In this document: one piece after another, positions 8,281 through 18,459 of the stretch
Position numbering within the stretch: position 1 is the first letter of the stretch
How the letters are laid out: each line of letters starts with the position of its first letter
Source of the DNA: Candidatus Omnitrophota bacterium
GTDB lineage: Bacteria; Omnitrophota; Gorgyraeia; B26-G9
NCBI GenBank assembly: GCA_043826565.1
Contig: JBDRPX010000008.1
Location: 17,744-81,743 of the forward strand
Length of the DNA: 64,000 nt
Direction: 5' to 3'
Notes under the pieces: model-generated
Database searches by the model: none
What the model saw: the letters and a program-made list of their open reading frames with translations, nothing else
What the model was told of the DNA's origin: nothing
Program-made: the position numbers and the translations under genes

Positions 8281-11139
8281 TTATTGCTTTTCTTTTTCTA
8301 ATATATCCATAAATACTTTAACCAGATTGGGATCAAATTGCGTATTGGCATTATCCTGAATTACTTTCGCGGCGATTTCAATTGAACACGCTTTACGGTA
8401 ACAGCGGTCGGAAGTTAATGCTTCATAAGTATCGGCGATCGCGATGATCCGCGCGGCCACCGGGATTTCCTCTTTTTTCAAACCATAAGGATACCCCTTC
8501 CCGTCCCAGCGTTCATGATGATGCAGGATCAGCGGCAGGATACCATGAAAGAAATGGATCGGCCGTAAAATATCCACGCCGATCTGCGGATGGCTTTTGA
8601 TCTCTTCATATTCACTTTTCGTAAGCTGAGAATTTTTCATCAGGATCTTTTCACTGATCCCGATCTTTCCCAGGTCGTGTAAAATAGTCGCCTGCCGTAT
8701 TCTTTCTATCTCATTTTTAGATAAACCGATATTCCGCGCGATCGCGGTCGCGTAATGAACTGTTTTTTCCACATGCTCGCCGGTATAATGGTCTTTCATT
8801 TCGATGGTTTTAGCAAAAGCAAAAATCGCTTCCGCCAAACTCTCATTTGCCTGCTTGGTAAGCTTATCCAGCTTTTCCTGTAAAAATTCCACATCTTCTA
8901 TTTCTTCTTTAGATTGTGATGCCGGCTGTTTCTGGTCCATATCTATGGACGAACATACCCTGTCCCCGCCTCTTTCTTTGGCTAAACTCAATACTGCCTC
9001 AGCCGCGGAAATAAAATCCATGCCTTTAATCAGCTTATCTTCCGGAAAAGCAACAACCGCCATGCTGAGTTTTACTTTAACACTGTGTTCCTCATCGCCA
9101 AAATGCTGTAATCTTAGGGTTTCTAATAAACGCTGGGCCAAAATAAAAGCCAGGTCCCGGCCCATGCCCGGAGCAATAATAATAAATTCTTCTCCGCCGT
9201 AACGGATAAGCGTATCGTATTTACGCACCATTTGTTTCAGCTGAATAGCTATCTGGTGCAGAATTACATCCCCGAATTCATGGCCGTAAACATCATTAAT
9301 TGATTTAAAATAATCCAAATCAACCATAATCAAAGCCAGGGGGCTATGCTGCCTCTTCGCACGGACAAATTCCGCTTCAATTGCTTCCTGAAAATACCGG
9401 TGATTATATAATCCGGTATGCGGATCGATCAATACTAATTGTTTTAATTTTTCATTTGCTTTTAAAAGTTCCGCGTTCAGCCTTTCCCGGTCTTCTTCTA
9501 AATGCTTATAATGGCTGATATCGGTAATAACTCCTTCTAAAGCAATGATCGCTCCATTTGAAGAAAAAATACCTTTACCGTAATTATTTACCCATTTTTC
9601 TTTACCCCCGGCAGTCAGAATTCGGTAAGTAAGCTTAAATTCCTGCTTTATCTCCAGCGCGTTTTTCACATCCGCCAAAACCTTCTGCCGGTCATCGGCA
9701 TGAATTATCTGGGCAAAAGGAACTTTGGCGCTATTGGTAATATCCGCGGACGAATATCCGGTAAGTTCAAAACATCCGTCACTGATAAATTCCACGGTCC
9801 AGGTTTCATCATCTTTGCAGCGATAGACCATCCCCGGCAAATTACTCATCAAGGTTGAAAGCATTCTCTGGCTGTCTTCGATCTGCTCCGCGGCTTTAAC
9901 CTGCTCAGTAACATTCACATCCGACCCGCGATATCCCAGCAACTCTCCTTTTTCATCTAAAATCGGCGCGCATTTTGCTTCGACAACAACGATCTTGCCG
10001 TCTTTACTGACCTTATTATGCACAAATCCCGCGCAAGTTTCTTTCCGGGCAAATTTTTCAAAAATTATTTTGGTCAACTCTTCTCTTTCATCCGGAGCAA
10101 ACAGCTCATAGCAGTGTTTTTTACCTAAAAGTTCTTCCTGCTTATATCCCAGGATGTTCTGGACCACGGAATTACAATAAGTATAAAGGCCTTGCGGATT
10201 TACTTCCCAAACCCAGGTGCCGGCGTTTTCCGCTGCGCTGCGAAAACGCTCTTCACTTCTTTGTAATATGTTTTCCGATTGTTTGCGGCCGGTAATATCC
10301 CGAAAACTCCAGACCCGGCCCACAACTTTTCTCCCTTCTTTAAGCGGACAGGAAAAACGTTCAAACACGCGCTGGTCTTTAAATAAAAGCGTATCTAAAC
10401 TCTCTCTGGAAGAAGCATATAACTGCCGCACTTTGTCGGTAAATTCCTGCGGATATTCCAATTGGTCCAGGACAAATTCAAGCAAAGTATTATCATCATT
10501 TGTTTTTAAAATATCCCCGGGGATTTTCCACATTTTGGCAAAACGCGCATTATAATGCGTAACCCGGCCTTCATTGTCAACCACAAGAATTCCATCTTCG
10601 GTAGCTTCAATAGTGGCCCGGAATAATTTTTCATTTTTCAACAATTGCTCTTCGGCTTTTTTCCGGGCCGTAATATCTCTGGTCATTCCGATAAAAGCTT
10701 CCGGATGCCCCTGTTTATCCATAACAACTCCGGCACTTATATCCGCGTAAAAAAATGTTCCGTCTTTTTTCAGTAATGTATATTCAACTGTTCTAACAAT
10801 CTTTTCCTTATATATACGTTCCATATCTTTACGCGCGCGGTCTCTTTCCTGCGGCGCGAAAAATTCAAACACATCCCGGCCTAATAATTCATCCGCCTTG
10901 TCATAACCATGCATTATAATTTTTGCGCGGTTAACCATAATCACCCTTCCGGATAAATCCGTAAGAGTAATCGCGTCCGGAGAAGTTTCAATAAGGGTCT
11001 GATATAGTTCTACGCTTTCATAAAGCGCGTCCTGCGTACGCTTATGGCCGATACGGATCCTTTCAATACCAACCATTCTTTTGCGTAGAACCTGAAGTTT
11101 CTTTAGCAGATTTAATTCTGATTTTTTTTGCTCTTCCAT
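8281..11139 (-). CDS. Multi-PAS diguanylate cyclase / HD-GYP phosphodiesterase
   Basis: Four PAS/PAC repeats, RYGGEEF, HDLGK, HHERWDGKGYP. Confidence 0.95.
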   Translation of the reverse strand: MEEQKKSELNLLKKLQVLRKRMVGIERIRIGHKRTQDALYESVELYQTLIETSPDAITLTDLSGRVIMVNRAKIIMHGYDKADELLGRDVFEFFAPQERDRARKDMERIYKEKIVRTVEYTLLKKDGTFFYADISAGVVMDKQGHPEAFIGMTRDITARKKAEEQLLKNEKLFRATIEATEDGILVVDNEGRVTHYNARFAKMWKIPGDILKTNDDNTLLEFVLDQLEYPQEFTDKVRQLYASSRESLDTLLFKDQRVFERFSCPLKEGRKVVGRVWSFRDITGRKQSENILQRSEERFRSAAENAGTWVWEVNPQGLYTYCNSVVQNILGYKQEELLGKKHCYELFAPDEREELTKIIFEKFARKETCAGFVHNKVSKDGKIVVVEAKCAPILDEKGELLGYRGSDVNVTEQVKAAEQIEDSQRMLSTLMSNLPGMVYRCKDDETWTVEFISDGCFELTGYSSADITNSAKVPFAQIIHADDRQKVLADVKNALEIKQEFKLTYRILTAGGKEKWVNNYGKGIFSSNGAIIALEGVITDISHYKHLEEDRERLNAELLKANEKLKQLVLIDPHTGLYNHRYFQEAIEAEFVRAKRQHSPLALIMVDLDYFKSINDVYGHEFGDVILHQIAIQLKQMVRKYDTLIRYGGEEFIIIAPGMGRDLAFILAQRLLETLRLQHFGDEEHSVKVKLSMAVVAFPEDKLIKGMDFISAAEAVLSLAKERGGDRVCSSIDMDQKQPASQSKEEIEDVEFLQEKLDKLTKQANESLAEAIFAFAKTIEMKDHYTGEHVEKTVHYATAIARNIGLSKNEIERIRQATILHDLGKIGISEKILMKNSQLTKSEYEEIKSHPQIGVDILRPIHFFHGILPLILHHHERWDGKGYPYGLKKEEIPVAARIIAIADTYEALTSDRCYRKACSIEIAAKVIQDNANTQFDPNLVKVFMDILEKEKQ

Positions 11140-11157
11140 GGCTTTTTAAATGTTTTT

Positions 11158-11526
11158 TTAGACAACGCTTTTTATCAGCGTTTTTAGACGATCAAGATTG
11201 AAAGGTTTAGTAATAAAGTCATATGCTCCCAGCTCCATTGCCTTGCTGGTCATAGAATTCGTGCCGTGCGCGCTAACCATAATAACGATAATTTTATCAT
11301 CAATTTCTTTAATCTTTTTTAGAGTCTCAATCCCGTTCATACCCGGCATATAGATATCCAGCAAAACAATGTTTGGTTTTTCTGATTCTAAAAGTTCCAA
11401 AGCCTGTTCACTATTACCGGCTTCAACTGTTTCATATTCTTTGGATAAAGCCTGAACAAAAATTTTTCTTATAAGAGGTTCGTCATCAACCAGCAGTATT
11501 TTTACATTTTTTTGGATATCTGTCAT
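11158..11526 (-). CDS. Single-domain response regulator
   Basis: LLVDDE, LLDIYMPGMNG, SAH, FITKPF. Confidence 0.95.
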   Translation of the reverse strand: MTDIQKNVKILLVDDEPLIRKIFVQALSKEYETVEAGNSEQALELLESEKPNIVLLDIYMPGMNGIETLKKIKEIDDKIIVIMVSAHGTNSMTSKAMELGAYDFITKPFNLDRLKTLIKSVV

Positions 11527-11675
11527 AAAACAATCTCTCCTTTTATCGGCCCCTAATAAAATATTTTTTGTTTCTTATGTATTGTAACAAGGTATCCAGG
11601 ATCAGGCAACAAAAAAGTGATAATCTTCTTTCCCCAAGAATACACCTATGTTATTATAATTTATAAGGAGCAAAT

Positions 11676-12104
11676 ATGCTAGGATCTAAATTCGGGGTAA
11701 CCCAGGGAAAAATTGATCTTCTTCTCAAGAAGATGCAGAAGCTCGGTATCCGGGAATCGGACATTAAAGAGCGTTTTATCCGCTCGCAAGGCCCCGGAGG
11801 ACAAAACGTAAATAAAACTTCTACATGTGTTTACTTAAAGCACTTACCTTCCGGTATTGAGGTCAAATGCCAGCGGGAACGTTCACAGGCACTCAATCGG
11901 TTTTTAGCCCGAAAAACTCTGGCGGCAAAAATAGAAAATCAAATCCTGGGCAAAAAAAGCGAAGAGCAGCAGCAAATAGCCAAGCTTAAACGTCAAAAGC
12001 GAAAACGTTCCAAAAGAGCCAAGGAAAAAATTTTAAAACTAAAAAAGATGCATTCAGAAAAGAAACAATCACGAACACTTAAGATTGATTCAGAAAATTG
12101 GTAA
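11676..12104 (+). CDS. arfB: Peptidyl-tRNA hydrolase / alternative ribosome rescue factor (RF-1 domain)
   Basis: SQGPGGQNVNKTST GGQ motif, RSQALNR, basic C-terminal tail. Confidence 0.8.
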   Translation: MLGSKFGVTQGKIDLLLKKMQKLGIRESDIKERFIRSQGPGGQNVNKTSTCVYLKHLPSGIEVKCQRERSQALNRFLARKTLAAKIENQILGKKSEEQQQIAKLKRQKRKRSKRAKEKILKLKKMHSEKKQSRTLKIDSENW

Positions 12105-12122
12105 AAATCATCCAAACAAGAC

Positions 12123-12168
12123 TTGACATATTATACTTTTTGACATAATCTATTAATATACTTAATAT
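12123..12168 (+). promoter_or_regulatory. Sigma70-like promoter region for tatA/hydrogenase; tandem TTGACATA
   Basis: TTGACA at 12123 and 12140; TAATAT 17 nt after the second copy. Confidence 0.45.
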
Positions 12169-12184
12169 ATATAGGGGGATTAAT

Positions 12185-12349
12185 ATGGGTAGGATCGGTT
12201 TACCTGAATTATTAATAATTTTATTTATCATTCTCTTGCTCTTCGGAGCGGCGAAACTTCCTCAACTATCTAAGTCTATTGTCAAAAGCTTAACTGAATT
12301 CAAAAAAGGAATTTCCGAAAAAAAAGAAAATGACGATACTAGTTCTTAA
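12185..12349 (+). CDS. tatA: Twin-arginine translocase TatA/E subunit
   Basis: Manual translation MGRIGLPELLIILFIILLLFGAAKLPQLSKSIVKSLTEFKKG... (54 aa, below the ORF-track cutoff); GGGGG RBS. Confidence 0.9.
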   Translation: MGRIGLPELLIILFIILLLFGAAKLPQLSKSIVKSLTEFKKGISEKKENDDTSS

Positions 12350-12354
12350 CTCGT

Positions 12355-12383
12355 AAAGCCCATAAGTTTACTTATGGGCTTTT
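12355..12383 (+). terminator. Intrinsic terminator after tatA
   Basis: AAAGCCCATAAG-TTTA-CTTATGGGCTTTT hairpin. Confidence 0.75.
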
Positions 12384-12449
12384 GATATATATAGGTAATT
12401 ATTTTTAAGGGGATTGTATTAATTAGCAACTAATTGAAAGGGGGCAAGA

Positions 12450-13397
12450 ATGAAGTTAACCCGAAGAGAATTTTTTAAACTCTGCGCAGGTACTGCCGCG
12501 GGGGCGGGAATTTCACAATTATATGTGCCGGAAGTTGTTGCGGCATTAAATGATGCTGCTGCCGGTAAACCGCCGGTTATCTGGCTGCAGGGACAAAGCG
12601 ACAGTGGTTGTTCTGTATCTTTACTAAATACTACTCACCCGACAATTGCCGAAGTACTACTGAAAGTTATCAGCTTGCGTTACCACGCGACAGTCATGGC
12701 CGGTACCGGAGAAACAGCCAACGCGCCGCTGGAAGAAGTGAAAAAAGAAGCTTCCGGTAAATTTATCCTTATTGTTGAAGGTTCAATTCCGACCGAAGGC
12801 GACGGTGCTTATTGCGTAATCGGAGAACAAAACGGCAAACCTCTTTATATGGCTGAAGTATTAAAAGATTTAGCACCTCACGCGGCAGCTATAGTAGCTG
12901 TAGGAGCATGCGCTGCTTTTGGCGGAATTCCCGCGGCAAGGCCCAACCCTACCGGAGCTAAGTCGGTTAGTGAATTTTTAGGCCAGCCTGTAGTGAATAT
13001 TCCCGGCTGCCCGGCCCATCCGGACTGGATCGTCGGGACACTGGTACATGTTTTACTATACGGCATGCCTGATTTAGATGACCAAGGCCGGCCGACTTTG
13101 TTTTTTGGAAAAACAATACATGAAAATTGTCCCCGCTATTATTACTTTGCCGACGGACAATACGCAGAAAATTTTGGTGAAGAAGGCTGTCTTATACAAT
13201 TAGGCTGTAAAGGCCCGGTTACTCAATCTGACTGTCCTTCCCGCAAATGGAACAGCGGAGTTAACTGGTGTATTCAAAACGGCGGAATGTGTATCGGATG
13301 CTGCGCGCCTAACTTCCCGGACGGAACAGGTGCGATGTATACGGCATTACCGGAAAATCTGTGGCCAAACAAAGATCCTAAACGAACAATAGTATAA
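12450..13397 (+). CDS. Periplasmic [NiFe]-hydrogenase small subunit (group 1a-like), Tat signal
   Basis: TRREFFK twin-arginine signal; DSGC, GACAAFGG, PGCP, HENC, GCKGP, NWC..CIGC FeS motifs; no C-terminal TM anchor. Confidence 0.95.
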   Translation: MKLTRREFFKLCAGTAAGAGISQLYVPEVVAALNDAAAGKPPVIWLQGQSDSGCSVSLLNTTHPTIAEVLLKVISLRYHATVMAGTGETANAPLEEVKKEASGKFILIVEGSIPTEGDGAYCVIGEQNGKPLYMAEVLKDLAPHAAAIVAVGACAAFGGIPAARPNPTGAKSVSEFLGQPVVNIPGCPAHPDWIVGTLVHVLLYGMPDLDDQGRPTLFFGKTIHENCPRYYYFADGQYAENFGEEGCLIQLGCKGPVTQSDCPSRKWNSGVNWCIQNGGMCIGCCAPNFPDGTGAMYTALPENLWPNKDPKRTIV

Positions 13398-13411
13398 AAA
13401 GGGGGGGGATT

Positions 13412-14821
13412 ATGTCCAAAACAATAATAATTGATCCGATTACCAGGATCGAAGGTCATTTGGGAATTGAAGTTGAAGTTGAAGATGGAAAAGTTACTGA
13501 TGCCAAATGTATAGCAAATATGTTCCGCGGATTTGAAAAGATTTTACAAGGAAGAGATCCCCGTGATGCTATACACATAACCCAAAGAATCTGCGGAGTC
13601 TGCTCTGCTGCTCATGCCACCGCAAGTGTTAGCTGTATTGAAAGTGCTGCCGGTGAAATTATTCCGGAAAACGCGCGGATAATCAGAAACTTAGGGCTGG
13701 GAGCAAACTATCTCCACTCTCATATTCTGCATTTCTATCACCTGGCCGCTCTGGATTATGTACAAGGCCCGGAAGTTCCGCCGTTTATCCCCCGCTACAC
13801 CGGTGATTACCGCTTACCGGAAAAAGTAAACGCGGCCTGTGTCGCGCATTATCTGGAAGCACTGAAGATCCGGATGCTGGCACATGAAATGCGCGCGATC
13901 TGGACCGGAAAAGCTCCGCATCTTGTTGGTTTTATGCCCGGAGGTGTAAGCGAGCAGCCGACTGTTGACAAAATCGCCGGATATATCTGGCGCTTAAAGA
14001 AAGTTCAGGACTTTATTGAAAACATTTACATACCGGATGTTCTGGCCGTAGCGGATATTTATAAAGACTACGCGGAAATCGGTACCGGATATGGGAATCT
14101 GCTGGCTTATGGTGTGTTTGATCTAAACCGCGGCGGCATGAAAAAATTACTCGGCCGGGGTGTTATTTTAAACGGTGAAGCTGCTCCTTTAGATCCGGCA
14201 AAAATCAGCGAAGATGTATTCTTTTCCTGGTATAAAGACGATACCAGCGGGAAAAATCCCAAAGAAGGCGCGACTGAACCGGTAGTAGGAAAAGAAGGCG
14301 CTTATACCTGGGCCAAAGCTCCCCGCTATAACGGAGCTCCCTGTGAAGTAGGACCGCTGGCGCGGATGACCGTAAACGGCGATTATAAAGGCGGCACTTC
14401 GGTTATCGACCGTCACGCGGCACGTGCTTTAGAAGCAAAAAAGATAGCCGGGGTTTTGGAAGAATGGGCCTTACAATTAAGACCCGGTGAAAGTATCTAC
14501 AAGAAAGCGGAAGTACCTAAAGAAAATTACGGCATGGGCTTAACCGAAGCTCCGCGCGGTGCTTTAGGCCATTGGGTAAATATTAAAGATTCAAAAATCG
14601 CAAACTATCAGGTAATGACTCCCACGGTGTGGAACGTATCACCAAAGGATGATAAAGGCCTGCGCGGACCGATTGAACAGGCATTGATCGGAACTCCGGT
14701 TCAGGACGCGGATAATCCGATTGAAATTGCCCGGGTAGTCCGTTCCTATGATCCCTGTTTAGCCTGTACAGTGCATTTGATCAAACCCAGCGGAGAAATT
14801 AAAAAGTTCCGCGTAGCTTAA
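13412..14821 (+). CDS. [NiFe]-hydrogenase large subunit (group 1a-like)
   Basis: DPITRIEGH, QRICGVC (L1), EAPRG, YDPCLACTVH (L2) plus a cleavable C-terminal extension. Confidence 0.95.
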   Translation: MSKTIIIDPITRIEGHLGIEVEVEDGKVTDAKCIANMFRGFEKILQGRDPRDAIHITQRICGVCSAAHATASVSCIESAAGEIIPENARIIRNLGLGANYLHSHILHFYHLAALDYVQGPEVPPFIPRYTGDYRLPEKVNAACVAHYLEALKIRMLAHEMRAIWTGKAPHLVGFMPGGVSEQPTVDKIAGYIWRLKKVQDFIENIYIPDVLAVADIYKDYAEIGTGYGNLLAYGVFDLNRGGMKKLLGRGVILNGEAAPLDPAKISEDVFFSWYKDDTSGKNPKEGATEPVVGKEGAYTWAKAPRYNGAPCEVGPLARMTVNGDYKGGTSVIDRHAARALEAKKIAGVLEEWALQLRPGESIYKKAEVPKENYGMGLTEAPRGALGHWVNIKDSKIANYQVMTPTVWNVSPKDDKGLRGPIEQALIGTPVQDADNPIEIARVVRSYDPCLACTVHLIKPSGEIKKFRVA

Positions 14822-14822
14822 A

Positions 14823-15272
14823 ATGACTTTAATTATCGGCTGCGGAAATATTCTGCTTGGTGATGAAGGTGTGGGAGTACATTTAATTGAAACACTTAGT
14901 AAGCAAGAAGTACCTGCCGGAGTTGACCTCCTTGACGGAGGTACCGGCGGTATTGAACTTATAACATATATAGAAAAAGCGGATAAGGTTATTATTGTCG
15001 ACGCAATTCAGGCCGGCGGAGAAAGCGGTGCCATTTATAAATTCCGGCCTGATGATTATGAGCAGGAGGACTGCCCTATCAGCTCCGCCTCTTTGCATGA
15101 GATTTGCCTTAAAGATGTCTTTTCGACAATGAAACAGCTAGGCATAAAAAAAGATATTCTTATTTTCGGTATTGAGCCGGAAAGTGTCGAATTAAAAATT
15201 GGTTTATCGGAAAAAATCAGCAAGCTTCTGCCAAAACTTATTGACTTGGTCTTAAACGAAATAAAAGGATAA
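14823..15272 (+). CDS. Hydrogenase maturation protease (HyaD/HybD family)
   Basis: GCGNILLGDEGVG, LDGGTGG, IVDA, SLH. Confidence 0.95.
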   Translation: MTLIIGCGNILLGDEGVGVHLIETLSKQEVPAGVDLLDGGTGGIELITYIEKADKVIIVDAIQAGGESGAIYKFRPDDYEQEDCPISSASLHEICLKDVFSTMKQLGIKKDILIFGIEPESVELKIGLSEKISKLLPKLIDLVLNEIKG

Positions 15273-15305
15273 TGTTTTAAAAAGGATTTTAACGAAGGAG
15301 GAGAT

Positions 15306-17012
15306 ATGTTTGCAATCGTAAGGCGGTCATTGGGAGGAAAAATTGCCGGCTGGATAGGAATTGTTTTGGTCATTGTTTTTGCTATCCTGGCCATCAGCAA
15401 TACCCTGTATCAGGCAAAAGTGATCAGTAACACTGAATCAGAAAATGCCAATGCTTTAGCCAGCACAATATTAGGCGCGATCCGTTACCCGATGCTTGAA
15501 GGAGAACAGGAATTAATCCAAAAACAATTAGAACTTATCCGTGAACAAAACCCGGGACTTGTCATCCATCTTGTCAATCATACCGGAAAAATAAAGCGCA
15601 GCACAGAGCCAGAGTTGATCGGCGAAATATCCATGTCCCACAATTTAAAAACTATCATTGAGAATCCGGATAAAGCAGAAAAATTTAAAGGTGTTGTTAT
15701 CCGGGAAAGAACACAGTCGAGAGTTTATGAAGACATCGAACCTATCAATAACAGCAAAGAATGCATGGTTTGTCACGGGAAAGATCTTACCCTGCTTGGG
15801 GCATTGCGTATCGCCAAAGATTTCGTCCCGGTTGATAATGCTATTGCTGCCGCCCGCAATCGGAATATCCTTATTTCTCTTATCGGATTCATAATCACGA
15901 TCTTTATTATTTTATTCTTATCTAAAATAATGCTGCAGCCGCTGGCAAAACTGGAAAAATTTACGGAAGATCTGGCCGCGCAAGGCGGAGATTTAACTCA
16001 GCTTATAGATATTCAGTCCGAAGATGAACTCGGCCGTTTGGGTGCTTCCTTTAACAAAATGATTGATACCCTGCACAATATTATCGTGGAAGTTAAAAAT
16101 ACCGCGGATAAAGTCAGCACATCTGCTCAAGGATTGTCCAGTTCCGCCGAACAAATCAACGCTTCCACTGAAGAAGTCTCTTCGACAGTACAGCAGATCA
16201 GCCAGGGTATTACCACCCAGGCCAGACGCAGTGAAGAAACATCGAATATCATCAGTAAAATGACCGAATCTGTAAAACAAGTTGCCAGCAGTGCTAAAGA
16301 AAGCTCCTTAGCCACAAAAGAAACCTCGGAACTGGCTCAGGACGGTATGAAAGCATCGCATCAAGCCGCGGACAAAATAATCCGAATTACCGAATCGGCA
16401 AATCAGATCGCGACCGTAGTTGAACAGCTGGGCGCACGTTCCCAGGAGATCGGCAGAATTGTCGACGTAATTACCAACATTGCCGATCAGACCAACCTGC
16501 TGGCTTTAAACGCCGCGATTGAAGCTGCCCGCGCCGGAGACGCCGGAAGAGGATTTGCCGTAGTAGCCGAAGAAGTAAGAAAATTAGCGGAAAACTCCGC
16601 TCAGGCCGCCACACAAATCGGATCATTGATCAGAACAATCCAGGACGAAACATCAAAAGCCGTTGCTTCCGTAACAACAGCTACAACAGAAGTTGAAGAA
16701 GGCCGGCTGATAATTGAAAAAGTCCAGCAGTCGCTGGAAAAAATTTTCAAAGCCGCGGAAATCGCCGCTGCCCAGGTAGAACAAATTGCCGAAGCCAGTA
16801 ATAAACAATCAATTAATGCCCAGGAGGCAAAAAGCGCGGTAACGGAAGTTGCGGCAATTTCTGAAGAATCAGCTTCATCAATAGAGGAAACATCAAGCTC
16901 TGTGGAAGAAATGACTGCGAGCATGGAGGAAATGGCTTCCAGCGCGCAGGAACTGGCCGCAATGAGTGTCAATCTTCAGGACCTGGTCAAAAAATTCATT
17001 ATTAGGGAATAA
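15306..17012 (+). CDS. Methyl-accepting chemotaxis protein with periplasmic c-type heme
   Basis: Two TMs, periplasmic CMVCH, HAMP ([11 protein letters not shown]), signalling domain [32 protein letters not shown]. Confidence 0.95.
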   Translation: MFAIVRRSLGGKIAGWIGIVLVIVFAILAISNTLYQAKVISNTESENANALASTILGAIRYPMLEGEQELIQKQLELIREQNPGLVIHLVNHTGKIKRSTEPELIGEISMSHNLKTIIENPDKAEKFKGVVIRERTQSRVYEDIEPINNSKECMVCHGKDLTLLGALRIAKDFVPVDNAIAAARNRNILISLIGFIITIFIILFLSKIMLQPLAKLEKFTEDLAAQGGDLTQLIDIQSEDELGRLGASFNKMIDTLHNIIVEVKNTADKVSTSAQGLSSSAEQINASTEEVSSTVQQISQGITTQARRSEETSNIISKMTESVKQVASSAKESSLATKETSELAQDGMKASHQAADKIIRITESANQIATVVEQLGARSQEIGRIVDVITNIADQTNLLALNAAIEAARAGDAGRGFAVVAEEVRKLAENSAQAATQIGSLIRTIQDETSKAVASVTTATTEVEEGRLIIEKVQQSLEKIFKAAEIAAAQVEQIAEASNKQSINAQEAKSAVTEVAAISEESASSIEETSSSVEEMTASMEEMASSAQELAAMSVNLQDLVKKFIIRE

Positions 17013-17029
17013 AAACAAAGGAGAATGAA

Positions 17030-17539
17030 ATGAAAAAATACTATTTTATTATACTGATTTTAGCCGGGGTTGCTTTGTTGTCTGTTCCCTTTGCCGGTGC
17101 CCAGGAAGAAGAATCTTACACCCCGCCTGCTCCCAAAAAAATATATTCCAAACCAAGTGTATCAGAGTCCGGCGAACAAGCCACCTATGTCGGAATAGAG
17201 TCCTGTAAGGCCTGTCACGCGAAACGCTACGAAGATTTCCAGAAAAGAAAATTTAAAAAAGCCTGGACTATTTTAGAAATGCGCGGAGAAAACAAAAACC
17301 CGGAATGCCTGGTTTGCCATACCACCGGATACGGAAAGCCCGGCGGATTTGTCAATGAGCAGATAACACCTCATCTGAAATTTAAGCAATGTGAAGCCTG
17401 CCACGGCCCGGCAAGCCTGCACACTAAAAACATCTCCGACAAAAAATATTCTAAGCAGCTTCTCAATACCATAAAAGACGAAGATACTTGCATTCAATGT
17501 CATAAGTGTGTAGCTACACACAGCAGCACTGATTTCTAA
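17030..17539 (+). CDS. Periplasmic tetraheme cytochrome c (c554-like)
   Basis: Signal peptide; CKACH, CLVCH, CEACH(GP), CIQCH; YVG..SC motif. Confidence 0.9.
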   Translation: MKKYYFIILILAGVALLSVPFAGAQEEESYTPPAPKKIYSKPSVSESGEQATYVGIESCKACHAKRYEDFQKRKFKKAWTILEMRGENKNPECLVCHTTGYGKPGGFVNEQITPHLKFKQCEACHGPASLHTKNISDKKYSKQLLNTIKDEDTCIQCHKCVATHSSTDF

Positions 17540-17560
17540 AGACAAGCATTACCAGAGCTC

Positions 17561-17594
17561 AAAAGCCCTCTCTGATCTAGAGAGGGCTTTTTTT
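17561..17594 (+). terminator. Intrinsic terminator of hydrogenase-MCP-cytochrome operon
   Basis: AAAGCCCTCTC-TGATCTA-GAGAGGGCTTTTTTT. Confidence 0.85.
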
Positions 17595-17622
17595 AGGTTC
17601 TTTCTTGTTTAAAGAATGACCC

Positions 17623-18459
17623 TTAATATTTATTTTGAAAAAAATCTTCAAACGCGTGGCTGTGTATCTTTATATCCCGGAAATACTTTTGCGCTGATTT
17701 TTGGATATTGGTTTTCAGCCCGATAACTGTCTTTCCATAAAATTCCCGGTCTTTACCCAAACGCTCATAAACCTTAACATACTCCGGATAAACCTGCTTT
17801 ATAAGCTTAATTATATTCGGTATCCCCGCCATTTTAAAATTCATTATTTCAAATTCCGCCTTTTCTACTCCCGGCATCTTCTCCGCCGCATGAGGAAACT
17901 CAAATAACTCCGGCATAACCGGACAAAAATAAGCAATTACCGGAATATTGTTTTTCGCCAGAAGATTAGCTGTTTTAACACTATCTTCTACAGAAACAGC
18001 ATACGGCTCAAAGCACTCCCTTATTTTTCCCGGCAATGTATCAATAGTAAAGTATATAGCTTCACAATTTCCCTCCCCCAGCAAAGATATATACTCACAA
18101 ACTAATAGAGAACGCGTAAGAATTATATACTTAATCTTCCTCTGATTAAGCAGTTTTAAAACCGCCTCGGTGACCCCATACTTTTTTTCCGCGGCTTGAA
18201 AACATTCCGTAGTTGAACCGAGTAATACTTTCTCCGGATTTTTCTCGTCTAATTCCCGCTCTAAAACTTCTAAAGCATTAATTTTTACTTTTACGTATTG
18301 TCCCCAGGGAAGTTCCTCTTTAAGCGCCTTTTTGCTGAACTGCGCGTAGCAAAACAAACATCCCATCTGACAACCCTGGTAAGGATTTATCACATAAGGA
18401 GCGAGATTAATCCCGGTAGGCCTAAGGATTGTGGTTATTTTCTGTTCGATTATTTTCAT
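17623..18459 (-). CDS. SplB/Rv2578c-like radical SAM protein
   Basis: INPYQGCQMGCLFCYA, VKVKINA, ILTRS; ATG 18459 preferred; overlaps the intI 3' end by 38 nt. Confidence 0.8.
   Translation of the reverse strand: MKIIEQKITTILRPTGINLAPYVINPYQGCQMGCLFCYAQFSKKALKEELPWGQYVKVKINALEVLERELDEKNPEKVLLGSTTECFQAAEKKYGVTEAVLKLLNQRKIKYIILTRSLLVCEYISLLGEGNCEAIYFTIDTLPGKIRECFEPYAVSVEDSVKTANLLAKNNIPVIAYFCPVMPELFEFPHAAEKMPGVEKAEFEIMNFKMAGIPNIIKLIKQVYPEYVKVYERLGKDREFYGKTVIGLKTNIQKSAQKYFRDIKIHSHAFEDFFQNKY

Noticed and set aside
14746-14776. Selenocysteine ([NiFeSe]) hydrogenase
   Set aside because: L2 is DPCLAC with TGT codons and no in-frame TGA.
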